DNA of 64,000 bases from a candidate division FCPU426 bacterium (GTDB taxonomy: Bacteria > Oederibacteriota > JAAXVQ01 > JAUVAV01): positions 1,533,076 through 1,597,075 of the forward strand of contig JBFLYH010000001.1 in NCBI GenBank assembly GCA_040756875.1, read 5' to 3'. A model generated the notes under the pieces. It saw nothing but the letters and a program-made list of their open reading frames with translations, had not been told where the DNA came from and made no database searches. Each line of letters starts with the position of its first letter. Position 1 is the stretch's first letter. Of this stretch, positions 28,725 to 38,811 are shown in pieces. Made by a program: the position numbers and the translations under genes.

Positions 28725-30764
28725 TCAGACGTAGGACACGCGCCCGCGCCGTCCCTTGCCCGCAGGCGGTTCATCACCGCCGTTTTGATCCTGGCCCGGA
28801 GCCGGCTCTTTGGCCGGCGGCGCGGGGGTGGCCGGTTCGGGCTTCGGGCTTTCTTTGGCGGCCGGTTCCTTGGCGGGCTGGTCCTTCGCAGCGGCTTTGG
28901 GCGCCGCTTGGGCCTCTTGGACTTGCTGGCGGATTTTTTCCTGCTCCGCCAGTTTTGCCTCCAGTTGCTGCTTTTTTACCTGCGCTTCCATATTGCCCGG
29001 TTCCATCTCCAAGATCTTCTGATAAATTTTCAGGGCTTCATTCAGCAATCCTTGCTTGGTGTAAATTTCAGCCACAGTCACGGTCATAAACTCATCTTGA
29101 TGGTCGCCGGCGATTTCATCGCCCCGCGCATTGCCCACGGTCTGCAGCCATTCGTCCTCTTTGGCCGTAGGTTTGGCGGCGGCGGTTTCCGGCGCGGTGG
29201 TGCGCTGGGCACGGACCTGGGCTTCGCGGATGGCGCGTTCGCGCGCCTCGCGCTGGACGCGCTGCTCGTCGGGTTCGCGTGTTCCCGCCGCAGGGGGCTG
29301 GGACTTTCTTGCCACGGCGGTTTCGGGGTTAAGGCCGGCGAACATGGCGTAAACGCGGGTCAAGGCCGTGCGGACTTTTTGGTTGTTGGGCTCCCGTTTG
29401 AGAATCTTCTGGTAAATCTCGATCGCCTCGTCCAGCGCTCCCTGCTGGATATAGGTGTCAGCCATGTTCAGCATGACCGACATTTCGTCCGCTGCGGGTT
29501 GCGCCTTTGGCGCCGGCGGCGGCGTCTTTTCACGCGGCGGTGCAGATTCGACTTTGGCGCCGCCCTGCAACTCGCGCGCCTTGTTCCGCAGCTCCTGGGC
29601 TTCGTTCGTTTTGCCCTCGGCCTCTTTCAGGTCCGCGAGCGCCAGACAGGCTTCGGCCGCTTGTCCTTCCAGATCGGCATTGTAGGCGGCATCTGCGAGT
29701 TTCAGGTAAAGTTCCTGGTTATGCTGATCCAGCCGCACCGCTTCCAAGGCGCAGAAAGTCGCCAATTCCCAATCCTCGTTGGCGGCATAACTGTCCATGG
29801 CCTGGATATATTTTTCTTCCGCTTGGTTGGGCTGGTTCGTTTGCAGGGCAATGGCGGCGATGCGCTCCGAAGCATAGGCGTTGCGGGCGTCGATTTTAAT
29901 CAGCCGCTCGTACAATTTCACCGCATCGTCCCACTGCTTCTGCTCGCCAAAAAGGGAGGCTAGCTGCGTCAGCCCGCTTTGATGGTTGACCTTGAACTTG
30001 AGGAGGGTTTCGAGTTCCTTGCGCGCCTCCTCGGTCTGCCGCGTCAGTAAATAAACCAAGCCAAGATAGTAATGCGCTTCGATGCTTTTGAGCTGAATGG
30101 CCTTTTGGGCGAACAATTGCCCCCGTTCCAGATTTCCCTGACGGATCAGTTGTTCGGCAACGTATAAAAACTCTTTCTTCGCATCCGAATCCGACCCTTC
30201 CTTGCTGTATATTTCCCCCAATGCGATATGGGCGGGCAAACAAGCGGCATCCAGGCTGGCAATCCTTTTGAATATCTCGCCGGCTTTCTTGAAAGCCTTG
30301 TTATTGAACAGGGCGTTCCCCACCACCAGCAATTGCTCGGCCGCCTCTTTCCGACGGCCGTTTTGTTCCAGAAAATCTCCTAATTTTTGGTAATTTTCCA
30401 GATTCTTCGGGTCAGCGGCAATCGCGCCCTTCATTTTTTCGAGGGAAGCTTGAAAAGAATCGGACGCGGGCGCCGGGGATTCGCTTTCAGCGGCCATGTC
30501 TTCCACGCTGTCAGGGTCCAGGCGGATCATTTTCTTGCGAATGGTTTCCGCTTTCGCTTCCGATTCGTTCGGCAGCTTGAGCGACAGGCGGAAATAACGC
30601 AGAGCCTCGACCCATTGCCCCTGTCGGACAGCGATCTCTCCCAGCATATTTAAAACCGAAATATTTGCCGGTTCTTTTTCAAGAATCTGCTGATATTTGC
30701 TGGACGCCTGCTGCAATTGCCCTTCCTTGAACAATTTAAAGGCGTCCCAAGCCTGCTTGCTCAT
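28725..30764 (-). CDS. Cytoplasmic tetratricopeptide repeat protein
   Basis: Many TPR-like helices, Pro/Ala/Lys linkers, C-terminal GRVSYV. AGGAG RBS. Confidence 0.88.
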   Translation of the reverse strand: MSKQAWDAFKLFKEGQLQQASSKYQQILEKEPANISVLNMLGEIAVRQGQWVEALRYFRLSLKLPNESEAKAETIRKKMIRLDPDSVEDMAAESESPAPASDSFQASLEKMKGAIAADPKNLENYQKLGDFLEQNGRRKEAAEQLLVVGNALFNNKAFKKAGEIFKRIASLDAACLPAHIALGEIYSKEGSDSDAKKEFLYVAEQLIRQGNLERGQLFAQKAIQLKSIEAHYYLGLVYLLTRQTEEARKELETLLKFKVNHQSGLTQLASLFGEQKQWDDAVKLYERLIKIDARNAYASERIAAIALQTNQPNQAEEKYIQAMDSYAANEDWELATFCALEAVRLDQHNQELYLKLADAAYNADLEGQAAEACLALADLKEAEGKTNEAQELRNKARELQGGAKVESAPPREKTPPPAPKAQPAADEMSVMLNMADTYIQQGALDEAIEIYQKILKREPNNQKVRTALTRVYAMFAGLNPETAVARKSQPPAAGTREPDEQRVQREARERAIREAQVRAQRTTAPETAAAKPTAKEDEWLQTVGNARGDEIAGDHQDEFMTVTVAEIYTKQGLLNEALKIYQKILEMEPGNMEAQVKKQQLEAKLAEQEKIRQQVQEAQAAPKAAAKDQPAKEPAAKESPKPEPATPAPPAKEPAPGQDQNGGDEPPAGKGRRGRVSYV

Positions 30765-30906
30765 GTGCCTTCTCCTGAAACTCAGACTAAATCCAATTAT
30801 ACTATCATCCGATTTTTTTTAATGTCAAGGGTAAAACAGGAATGTGGATTTTTGACAAATAATCTGACTTAGTATTTAAATTCAGTATTCGGTCTCATGA
30901 ATGAAA

Positions 30907-30935
30907 TTGACAAGGTCCGTGAATTTGCTTAATAT
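30907..30935 (+). promoter_or_regulatory. Putative promoter of tRNA-Leu
   Basis: TTGACA-17 nt-TAATAT, 15 nt before the tRNA. Confidence 0.6.
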
Positions 30936-30950
30936 TTAAAGCGCCTTGTT

Positions 30951-31037
30951 GCCGGAGTGGTGAAACTGGTAGACGCAGTGGACTCAAAATCCACCGCCTT
31001 TCGGGGCATGTCGGTTCGATTCCGACCTCCGGCACCA
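30951..31037 (+). tRNA. tRNA-Leu(CAA)
   Basis: GCCGGAGTGGTGAAACTGG...CT-CAA-AA, long variable arm, GGTTCGATTCC...CCGGCACCA. Confidence 0.96.
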
Positions 31038-31143
31038 GCGCTACAGAAATCGCAGCGCTAAGCGGTTAGGCAGAAGAACCGTTAAACGACAGAAAACTCA
31101 ACTGCTCAACCGATCAACCATTCAGCCTTATTCTTATTAAAAC

Positions 31144-31180
31144 AAAAAAAGGGGGCGGTTTCAAATCGCCCCCTTTTTTT
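31144..31180. terminator. Bidirectional intrinsic terminator
   Basis: A7-GGGGGCG-loop-CGCCCCC-T7 between the tRNA and the convergent gene. Confidence 0.88.
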
Positions 31181-31191
31181 ATTAACCAAGT

Positions 31192-32061
31192 TTACGAAGC
31201 CCTTTTATCCACCACAAAATCGCTCTTTTTCATCTTTTGGGCGTATTGTTTCAACTCATTGGCAATGTCGTCTATTTGGGCATAGTGGGCCAAATTTCTT
31301 CGTTCATTGGTCACAACCGCGACTGAAAGCGTCATAACCGGATATTTAAGAACCTCACCCTTCCGGTTGATATTGATAATGTATCCTTGCTTTCTGTCCT
31401 CTTTATCGTACTGTTGGGGGATCAGTTGGTCAAAATTCTCGATAAGCTTGGAACAGATTAATGGATATTTTTCCGGAGTGGTAATGATGACGAAATTATC
31501 TCCACCTAAGTGCCCAACGATATCATTTGAATTGCCATGATCCCGGGTGACGTCAAAAATAATCAGCGCCGCAAATTTAAGCAATTTATCCCCGCGCTGA
31601 TATCCATACCGCAGGTTGTAAGCACGGAAATTGTCTAAATCAATATAGCATATAGCGGTTTTCGAATCCTCGGACAGCCGGCGGTCTATTTCCTGTTGAA
31701 TGAAAAAATGGTCCGGAAGATTCGTCAGGGGGTGAACCCTGCCCGCTCCCTTTGAATCAGCATAGCCCTCGTCAATATCAGGACCCACATTGAACTGACT
31801 GACATCTTTGACTTTCTTCTTCAGCATTTCGTCCTGCAAGAAAGCTGACGAGGTCAGCAAATCGTTGATTCGCAAATTGTTATTTTCGAGAATTTCCTTC
31901 AGGGCGATGATTTTTTTTACCATGGACTTGTTATACTTGCGGTGGCCAGAAGGAACACGGACTGGTGTGATGAGCCCCAAACTTTCCCAATATCGCAACG
32001 TGCGCTCTGAAAGTCCACTGAGTTTGGCTGTTGCGCCGATCCCGATCAGTTTTTCTTTCAT
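31192..32061 (-). CDS. MerR-type HTH fused to a degenerate GGDEF domain
   Basis: IGATAKLSGLSERTLRYWESLGLITPVR...GHRKY (MerR HTH); DLDNFR.YN..YG...GD and GHLGGDNF. Start is ATG 32061 or GTG 32070. Confidence 0.88.
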   Translation of the reverse strand: MKEKLIGIGATAKLSGLSERTLRYWESLGLITPVRVPSGHRKYNKSMVKKIIALKEILENNNLRINDLLTSSAFLQDEMLKKKVKDVSQFNVGPDIDEGYADSKGAGRVHPLTNLPDHFFIQQEIDRRLSEDSKTAICYIDLDNFRAYNLRYGYQRGDKLLKFAALIIFDVTRDHGNSNDIVGHLGGDNFVIITTPEKYPLICSKLIENFDQLIPQQYDKEDRKQGYIININRKGEVLKYPVMTLSVAVVTNERRNLAHYAQIDDIANELKQYAQKMKKSDFVVDKRAS

Positions 32062-32250
32062 TTTCGGCACCTGCTATTTTTTCATCCCTTCATTCAAGCC
32101 CCACAACAGTGGGGGATATCGAAGGGGGGGAGAAGGTTCATGGTATGTCTTTTAATTCCCTGCTTTAATGTGCAGGAAGTTTAACTTAATACTGATTAAA
32201 AATCTACAAATAATGTAAAAATAAAGTAACATGAATATTTATATGGTAGA

Positions 32251-32279
32251 ATTTTAACAGGATCGAATTTTTTTGTCAA
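32251..32279 (-). promoter_or_regulatory. Sigma70-type promoter of the MerR-GGDEF gene
   Basis: TTGACA-17 nt-TAAAAT with TG extension on the minus strand. Confidence 0.7.
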
Positions 32280-32347
32280 GTTTCTATTAATTGTTTTTGT
32301 AATTTATTTTTAGATATTAGGTTTTAGACTTTAAAAAGAAAGAAAAA

Positions 32348-33589
32348 CTAGGAGGAAATTAATTTAATCTTAACAAATTTCCTTTTTCCAACCTGTAAAA
32401 CCATCCCATCTTCAATCAGAATATTCTCAGAAACATTATCTATTCGTTTCTGATTAACCTGCACCGCTCCCTGTTGAACCATTCTTTGGGCTTCTGATTT
32501 ACTTGCCACCAGACCCAAGGTATGTAAAAGCGGAACGATCCATATCTGGCCGTCCTTTAGAGAACGCACAGGAAGATTTTTTTCAGGGATATCCTGGGGT
32601 AATTCGTTGTTTTTAAAAACCCGGTCAAACTGTTCCCCGGCTTCCTTGGCTGCCGCTTCCCCATGGTATTGCGTCACCAAAGAGGAAGCCAATCTGGCTT
32701 TCAAATCACGCGGGTGTATTTTGCCTGTTTCCCAGGCTTGCAGCCACTGTTGCAGGGTGGGAATATCCACATCGGTTAGAAGTTCGAAATACTTCATCAT
32801 CAAGGCATCGGGAAGGCTCATCACTTTTCCGTACATATCCCCGGGTGCATCCGTCAGCCCGATATAGTTGCCCAGGCTCTTGGACATTTTCTGCACGCCG
32901 TCCAAGCCCTCCAGGAGCGGCATAGCGATGATGACCTCTGGTTCCTGACCGGCGGCTTGCTGCAAATCCCGCGCGACCAGGCAGTTGAAAATTTGGTCGG
33001 TCCCGCACAATTCGACATCGGACTTCAATACCACCGAATCATATCCCTGAATCAAGGGGTATAAAAGTTCATGCAACCCGATGGGACGGCCGTCCCGGTA
33101 GCGCAACTGGAAGTCGTCCCGCTCCAGAATGCGCGCGACCGTATACTGGGAAGCCAGACGGATGACATCGGAGAATCCCATGGGTTGGCACCAGGTGCTG
33201 TTGAAGACCACTTCGGTTTTTTCCGGCAACAGGATTTTAAATACCTGCTCTTGATAAGTCCGGGCGTTGGCTTGGATCTGTTCCGGCGTCAGCGGCGGAC
33301 GCGTGACCGACCGGCCGGTGGGATCGCCGATCATGCCGGTAAAATCGCCGATGAGAAATTGGACCGTATGCCCCAGATTTTGGAACTGCCGCAATTTGCG
33401 CAAAACCACGGTATGGCCCAGGTGCAGGTCCGGTGCGGACGGATCAGCGCCATACTTGACCCGCAGGGGTACGCCCCGCTGGAGCTTGGCCAGCAACGCT
33501 TCCTCGCCGATGACCTCGGCGGTTCCCTGGCGCAACTGACTGATAATCTGGCTGTGGCTCACATTATCCTCATTGGTCAAAGGATCCAT
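32348..33589 (-). CDS. tyrS: Tyrosine--tRNA ligase
   Basis: [32 protein letters not shown]-terminal S4 domain. Confidence 0.97.
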   Translation of the reverse strand: MDPLTNEDNVSHSQIISQLRQGTAEVIGEEALLAKLQRGVPLRVKYGADPSAPDLHLGHTVVLRKLRQFQNLGHTVQFLIGDFTGMIGDPTGRSVTRPPLTPEQIQANARTYQEQVFKILLPEKTEVVFNSTWCQPMGFSDVIRLASQYTVARILERDDFQLRYRDGRPIGLHELLYPLIQGYDSVVLKSDVELCGTDQIFNCLVARDLQQAAGQEPEVIIAMPLLEGLDGVQKMSKSLGNYIGLTDAPGDMYGKVMSLPDALMMKYFELLTDVDIPTLQQWLQAWETGKIHPRDLKARLASSLVTQYHGEAAAKEAGEQFDRVFKNNELPQDIPEKNLPVRSLKDGQIWIVPLLHTLGLVASKSEAQRMVQQGAVQVNQKRIDNVSENILIEDGMVLQVGKRKFVKIKLISS

Positions 33590-33777
33590 CCCGGCCCTGT
33601 TCGTTTCGGGGAAACGTATGCTAGCATCGTCCCGCTGCGCTTGGCAACGGGAAAATTTCCCCGGCGCGCCGCCTAAGGCCTTTGGGCTTGGAACCGGTTT
33701 ATGGTAAAATGTGCGGCGTCGAATCCCCGCAGCCTGATCCGGGGTCCAATTTCAAGCTCATTGCCGCAGGAGTCATA

Positions 33778-36000
33778 GTGACCATCCCTTCAACCCACCC
33801 TGATCCACTCCGGCCTTCTCCCTTCTGGACGTTGCGCCGCGCCATTTGGCTGGTCTTGTGGTCCGGCATGGCGGCGGTCTGCGGAATCGGATTGGCCGTT
33901 TATCTAACCTTCCTCGGCGAAATCCCGCTGGTTTCCGATCTTAAAGCCTACCAGCCCTCTCTATCCACGAAAATCTACGACTGTAAAAACCAGCTGATCA
34001 CCGAATTGTTTTCAGAACAGCGGACCTTGATCCGCCTGGACGAAGTTCCGGAACGCCTGCAGCAAGCAATCATCGCCATCGAGGACAACAACTTTTATCA
34101 ACACTTCGGCATTCAGTTTTCGGGTATTTTACGCTCCTTTATGGTCAATTTTTTACACAAGGAATACAAACAGGGTGGGTCTACGATCACCCAGCAACTG
34201 GCGCGTAATATGTTCCTGACACGCGAAAAAACCATCGAGCGAAAATTGAAGGAAATCATCCTCGCCCTCCAAATCGAACGAACCTATCAAAAGCGGGACA
34301 TCCTGGAAATGTATCTCAATCAGATTTATTTCGGGAACGGCGCCCATGGCATTGAATCCGCCGCCCGCACTTATTTTGGCAAACACGCCAAGGATCTCAA
34401 CCTCCCGGAATGCGCCCTCCTGGCCGGGCTGCCCCGGTCGCCCAACACTTACAATCCCTACCGGAACCTGGAACGCTCCCAACAGCGGAGAAACCTGGTT
34501 TTATCCCAGATGGAACGGCTGGGATTCATCACGGCCCAGGAAGCGGCGGAAGCCAAAGCCTCTTCCATTCAGTTGACTTCCGACCAGGTTTCCGAAGCGC
34601 CTTATTTCGTGGAATACGTGCGCCGCCAATTGGAGGAACGTTACGGCAGCACCGCGATTTACCAGTCCGGCCTGCGGGTTTACACCTCCCTGGATTTGGA
34701 CTTGCAGCGCCAGGCCCAGGAAACCATGGATGAAGGCATGGCCGAAGTGGACAAATTACTGGCGGGAAAAATCGACACCCTGCCCGGCCAACAGCCGGAG
34801 GTGATCCAAGGGGCGCTGGTGCTGATTGATTATGCTTCCGGCGAAATCAGGGCCATGATCGGCGGACGGGATTTCGCCGCCAGCAAGTTCAACCGCGCCT
34901 ATCAGGCCCAGCGGCAACCGGGCTCGGCTTTCAAGCCGTTCATATACGCCACCGCTTTTTCCCACGGGTTCACCCAGGCGGATGTCATTTTGGATACGCC
35001 CGTGGTTTTCCGCGACGAACGCGGCGCGGTCTGGAAACCAGAGAACTTCAGCAATACCTTCCGGGGCCCCACCACCCTTCGGTCCGCCCTTACCCACTCC
35101 CGGAATGTGGTCACGGTCAAGCTTCTGGACAAAGTGGGGGTTAAGAATGTGATCAACACCGCGCGGCAATTGGGGATCGAAAGCCCTCTGCGGCCGTTCT
35201 TGACTCTGGCGCTCGGCGCGTCGGAAGTCAACCTGCTGGAACTGGTTTCAGCCTTCGGGACCTTTCCCAACGGCGGTGTCCACGTCAATCCGGTCAGCAT
35301 TTTGCGGGTGGAGAGCAATGCCGGGGAAGTCCTGGAGGAAAACACGCCTTTTCAGACCGAAGCGCTGCCAGCCACGGCCGCCGCCATCATGACCGATCTG
35401 CTCGAAAATGTCGTGAACCGGGGCACCGGCTTCTCCGCCCGTCGCCTGGGATTCACCCTGCCCGCGGGCGGAAAAACCGGCACTACCAACGATTATTCGG
35501 ATGCATGGTTTCTGGGATTCACGGGCGATTATGTGGCCGGAGTCTGGGTGGGTCTGGATTCACACCGCAGCTTGGGCAAGGGCGTCACCGGTGGATTCAT
35601 CGCGTGTCCGCTCTGGACCAAGCTCATGCTGCGCATCTATGCCAACCGCATTCCGAAAAAATTCACCCTGCCTTCCACCGTGGAGAAAGTCAACTTTTGC
35701 AACGTCTCGGGGCTTCTGCCCAATCCCGCCTGCAATCAGCACGTCGTCCAGGGGGTTTTCACGATCGGGACCGCCCCCACCCAGCCCTGCGACATCCATA
35801 CGGGCTCCGATGCCTTTGGCACCCAAGCTTCGTATCATCTGAATGTATCGCCGGATCTGGTGGATTTTGCCGGCAATACACCGGTTTCCGGCTCACTGGA
35901 CGACGAGGCGCCACCCGAACACCCCGGCCCGCAACCCGAGCCGGCTTTGCCCAACCGGCCAGCCGCACCGCCAGCCTCAGACCGGCCGCCGGTGTTCTAA
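33778..36000 (+). CDS. Class A penicillin-binding protein (PBP1A family)
   Basis: TM anchor, EDNNF, GGSTITQQL, RKLKE, SAFK, KTG. GTG start after AGGAG. Confidence 0.95.
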   Translation: MTIPSTHPDPLRPSPFWTLRRAIWLVLWSGMAAVCGIGLAVYLTFLGEIPLVSDLKAYQPSLSTKIYDCKNQLITELFSEQRTLIRLDEVPERLQQAIIAIEDNNFYQHFGIQFSGILRSFMVNFLHKEYKQGGSTITQQLARNMFLTREKTIERKLKEIILALQIERTYQKRDILEMYLNQIYFGNGAHGIESAARTYFGKHAKDLNLPECALLAGLPRSPNTYNPYRNLERSQQRRNLVLSQMERLGFITAQEAAEAKASSIQLTSDQVSEAPYFVEYVRRQLEERYGSTAIYQSGLRVYTSLDLDLQRQAQETMDEGMAEVDKLLAGKIDTLPGQQPEVIQGALVLIDYASGEIRAMIGGRDFAASKFNRAYQAQRQPGSAFKPFIYATAFSHGFTQADVILDTPVVFRDERGAVWKPENFSNTFRGPTTLRSALTHSRNVVTVKLLDKVGVKNVINTARQLGIESPLRPFLTLALGASEVNLLELVSAFGTFPNGGVHVNPVSILRVESNAGEVLEENTPFQTEALPATAAAIMTDLLENVVNRGTGFSARRLGFTLPAGGKTGTTNDYSDAWFLGFTGDYVAGVWVGLDSHRSLGKGVTGGFIACPLWTKLMLRIYANRIPKKFTLPSTVEKVNFCNVSGLLPNPACNQHVVQGVFTIGTAPTQPCDIHTGSDAFGTQASYHLNVSPDLVDFAGNTPVSGSLDDEAPPEHPGPQPEPALPNRPAAPPASDRPPVF

Positions 36001-36013
36001 CCCTCCGGTCAGT

Positions 36014-36052
36014 AAAAAAAAGCCCTGCACCTATCCGGTGCAGGGCTTTTTT
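36014..36052. terminator. Bidirectional intrinsic terminator
   Basis: A8-GCCCTGCACC-loop-GGTGCAGGGC-T6. Confidence 0.9.
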
Positions 36053-36063
36053 ATTTGTTCTGA

Positions 36064-38811
36064 CTACTTTTTGCGTCCCTTGCCTTTGCTCTTGCCTTTG
36101 GCTGCCTTGGCTTTGCCTTTGGCCGCTTTCCGCGGAAACGCCAAGGCCGCCTGGGCAGCTGCCAGCCGGGCGATCGGCACGCGGTAGGGAGAGCAGGAAA
36201 CATAGTTCAATCCCAACTGGTGGCAGAACACCACCGAGGCCGGGTCCCCGCCGTGTTCGCCGCAGATGCCCAGTTTGATGTCAGGACGCGTATCGCGGCC
36301 TTTGGCCACCGCGATCTTCATCAACTGGCCCACGCCGACCGTATCCAGGGTCTGGAAAGGATCCTTCTCCAGGATCTTCCCTTCCTCATAGACCTTGATG
36401 AACTTGCCCGCGTCGTCGCGCGAGAAGCCCAGCGTGGTCTGGGTCAGATCGTTGGTGCCGAAGGAGAAGAATTCGGCCTCCTGCGCTACCTCGTCCGCCG
36501 TGACCGCCGCCCGGGGCAGTTCGATCATGGTGCCGATGAGGTACTGGAATTTCACTTTTCTCTCGGCCATGACCTCGGCCAAGACCTTCACGGCCACGTC
36601 TTTCTGATGCTTGAGCTCCTTGACGTTGCCCACCAGGGGGATCATGATCTCGGGAATGACTTTGTTGCCCGAGGCATGGCATTCGGCCGTCGCTTCGCCA
36701 ATGGCTCTCACCTGCATTTCCGTGATTTCCGGATAGGTGATGCCCAGGCGGCAGCCGCGCAGACCCAGCATGGGGTTGAGCTCGTGCAGCTCCTGGACGC
36801 GGGCTAGCAGCTTTTTCTTTTCCGCCATTTCCGGCGCGTTGGGATTGGTGACTTCAAGCTTGGCGATTTCCACCATCAGCTCTTCGCGTTTGGGCAGGAA
36901 TTCGTGCAAAGGCGGATCCAGCAGACGGATGGTGACCGGAAAGCCCTTCATGCTGTCGAAGAGGCCTTTGAAATCCGACCGTTGCATGGGCAGCAGCTTG
37001 GCCAGCGCCTCGCGCCGGCCGTCCTCGTCCGTGGCCAGAATCATGGCCTGCATGTGCGGCAACCGGTCCTCGGCGAAGAACATATGCTCGGTGCGGCACA
37101 GCCCGATGCCTTCGGCGCCGTACTCTCTGGCTTTCTGGGCGTCGCGCGGAATGTCCGCGTTGGCCCGCACGCCGATCTGGCGGTACTGCTCCACCCAGCC
37201 CATGAAGGTGGCGAAATCGCCGGACATTTCAGGGTCCTTGGTGGGCACCTTGCCGGCCAACACCCTGCCCGTGCCTCCGTCTAGGGTGATCCAGTCACCC
37301 TCCTTGAACACCTGGCCTTCGATCTCGAAGGATTTTCCATCTTCGCGAATCCGTATGTCCTCGCAGCCGGCCACGCAGCACTTGCCCATGCCGCGGGCGA
37401 CCACCGCCGCGTGGCTGGTCATGCCGCCCCGGGCGGTCAGAATGCCCTGGGAAACCTCCATGCCATGGATGTCATCCGGGCAGGTTTCCTCCCGGACCAG
37501 AATGACATCCTCGTCCATTTCCTCGGCCCAACGCACCGCGTCCTCGGCCGTGAACACCACTTTTCCGGCGGCCGCGCCCGGCGAAGCCGGCAGGCCCTTG
37601 GCCAACACCTTGACCTCGGCTTTGGAATCAATGATGGGATGCAGCAACTGGTCGAGCTGCGCCGGCTGCACGCGCTTGATCGCCTCTTCCTTGCTGATCA
37701 GGCCTTCCTTGACAAACTCTACCGCGATCCGGATGGCCGCCTGAGCCGTGCGCTTGCCATTTCGGGTTTGCAGCATAAAAAGCCTGCCTTTTTCGATGGT
37801 GAACTCAAAATCCTGCACGTCCCGGTAGTGCTTCTCCAGCCGCTTGGTGATGCCGTGCAGCTGTTTGAACACCGCGGGCATTTCCTGCTCCAGCTTGGAA
37901 ATGGGCTGGGGCGTGCGCACGCCGGCCACGACATCCTCACCCTGGGCGTTGGTCAGGTATTCGCCGTAGAACATGTTCTCGCCGGTCGAAGGGTTGCGGG
38001 TGAAGCCCACGCCTGTGCCGGAATCATTGCCCATGTTGCCGAAGACCATGGCCTGCACGTTGACCGCCGTGCCCAGATTGTCCGGAATGTCGTTCATCTT
38101 GCGGTAGTAGATGGCGCGGTCGTTGTTCCAGGAGCGGAACACCGCGTCCCGGGCCATGGTCAGTTGGGTCCAGGGGTCCTGGGGAAAGTCCTGTTTCGCG
38201 TGCTGGCGGGTGATTTCCTTGAAGCGGTTGACCAGGTCCTTGAGGTCGTCGGCTTTAAGTTCAGTGTCGAGCTTGGCGCCGACCTGGGCTTTTTTCGCTG
38301 ACAGCGCTTTTTCGTACACTTCCTTTTCAATCTCCAGGACCACGTTGCCGAACATGGCGATGAAACGGCGGTAGCTGTCATAGGCAAAGCGCTCGTTGCC
38401 CGTGCTTTTGGCCAGGCCCTGGACCGTTACGTCGTTCAGGCCAAGGTTGAGGATGGTGTCCATCATGCCGGGCATGGAAAATTTCGCGCCCGAACGCACG
38501 GAAACCAACAGCGGATTTTTCGGGTCCCCGAAGGACTTGGCCATGGCTTTTTCCAGCTTGGCCAGGTTCACCTTGATCTCCGGATCCAGGCTGGCAGGAA
38601 CCTTTCTGCTGTTCGCGTAGTACAGATTGCAGGTTTCGGTAGTGATGGTGAATCCCGCGGGCACCGGCACTCCGGAGTTGGTCATTTCCGCCAGACCGGC
38701 TCCCTTCCCACCCAGCAATTCCTTCTGTGTGCCGTTGCCTTCCGCCTTCCCATTGCCGAAAAAGTACACAAATTTTTTCTTGCCCGCCGCTTTTTTCGTT
38801 GCTTTTGCCAT
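36064..38811 (-). CDS. ppdK: Pyruvate, phosphate dikinase
   Basis: LGGKGAGL, SMPGMMDT, GGMTSHAAVVARG, CRTEHMF, FSFGTNDLTQ, GICGEHGG. Confidence 0.98.
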   Translation of the reverse strand: MAKATKKAAGKKKFVYFFGNGKAEGNGTQKELLGGKGAGLAEMTNSGVPVPAGFTITTETCNLYYANSRKVPASLDPEIKVNLAKLEKAMAKSFGDPKNPLLVSVRSGAKFSMPGMMDTILNLGLNDVTVQGLAKSTGNERFAYDSYRRFIAMFGNVVLEIEKEVYEKALSAKKAQVGAKLDTELKADDLKDLVNRFKEITRQHAKQDFPQDPWTQLTMARDAVFRSWNNDRAIYYRKMNDIPDNLGTAVNVQAMVFGNMGNDSGTGVGFTRNPSTGENMFYGEYLTNAQGEDVVAGVRTPQPISKLEQEMPAVFKQLHGITKRLEKHYRDVQDFEFTIEKGRLFMLQTRNGKRTAQAAIRIAVEFVKEGLISKEEAIKRVQPAQLDQLLHPIIDSKAEVKVLAKGLPASPGAAAGKVVFTAEDAVRWAEEMDEDVILVREETCPDDIHGMEVSQGILTARGGMTSHAAVVARGMGKCCVAGCEDIRIREDGKSFEIEGQVFKEGDWITLDGGTGRVLAGKVPTKDPEMSGDFATFMGWVEQYRQIGVRANADIPRDAQKAREYGAEGIGLCRTEHMFFAEDRLPHMQAMILATDEDGRREALAKLLPMQRSDFKGLFDSMKGFPVTIRLLDPPLHEFLPKREELMVEIAKLEVTNPNAPEMAEKKKLLARVQELHELNPMLGLRGCRLGITYPEITEMQVRAIGEATAECHASGNKVIPEIMIPLVGNVKELKHQKDVAVKVLAEVMAERKVKFQYLIGTMIELPRAAVTADEVAQEAEFFSFGTNDLTQTTLGFSRDDAGKFIKVYEEGKILEKDPFQTLDTVGVGQLMKIAVAKGRDTRPDIKLGICGEHGGDPASVVFCHQLGLNYVSCSPYRVPIARLAAAQAALAFPRKAAKGKAKAAKGKSKGKGRKK

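Noticed and set aside
27544-31037. tRNAs as integration sites of a genomic island
   Set aside because: No integrase and no duplicated tRNA 3' end seen in the window.
32074-32085. Mini-uORF Met-Lys-Lys upstream of the MerR-GGDEF gene
   Set aside because: The purine run abuts the ATG with no spacing, so initiation is unlikely.
30840-32400. oriC or dif site in the AT-rich zone
   Set aside because: Only isolated imperfect DnaA-box-like 9-mers and no full XerC/XerD pair; the AT tracts are partly explained by promoters.
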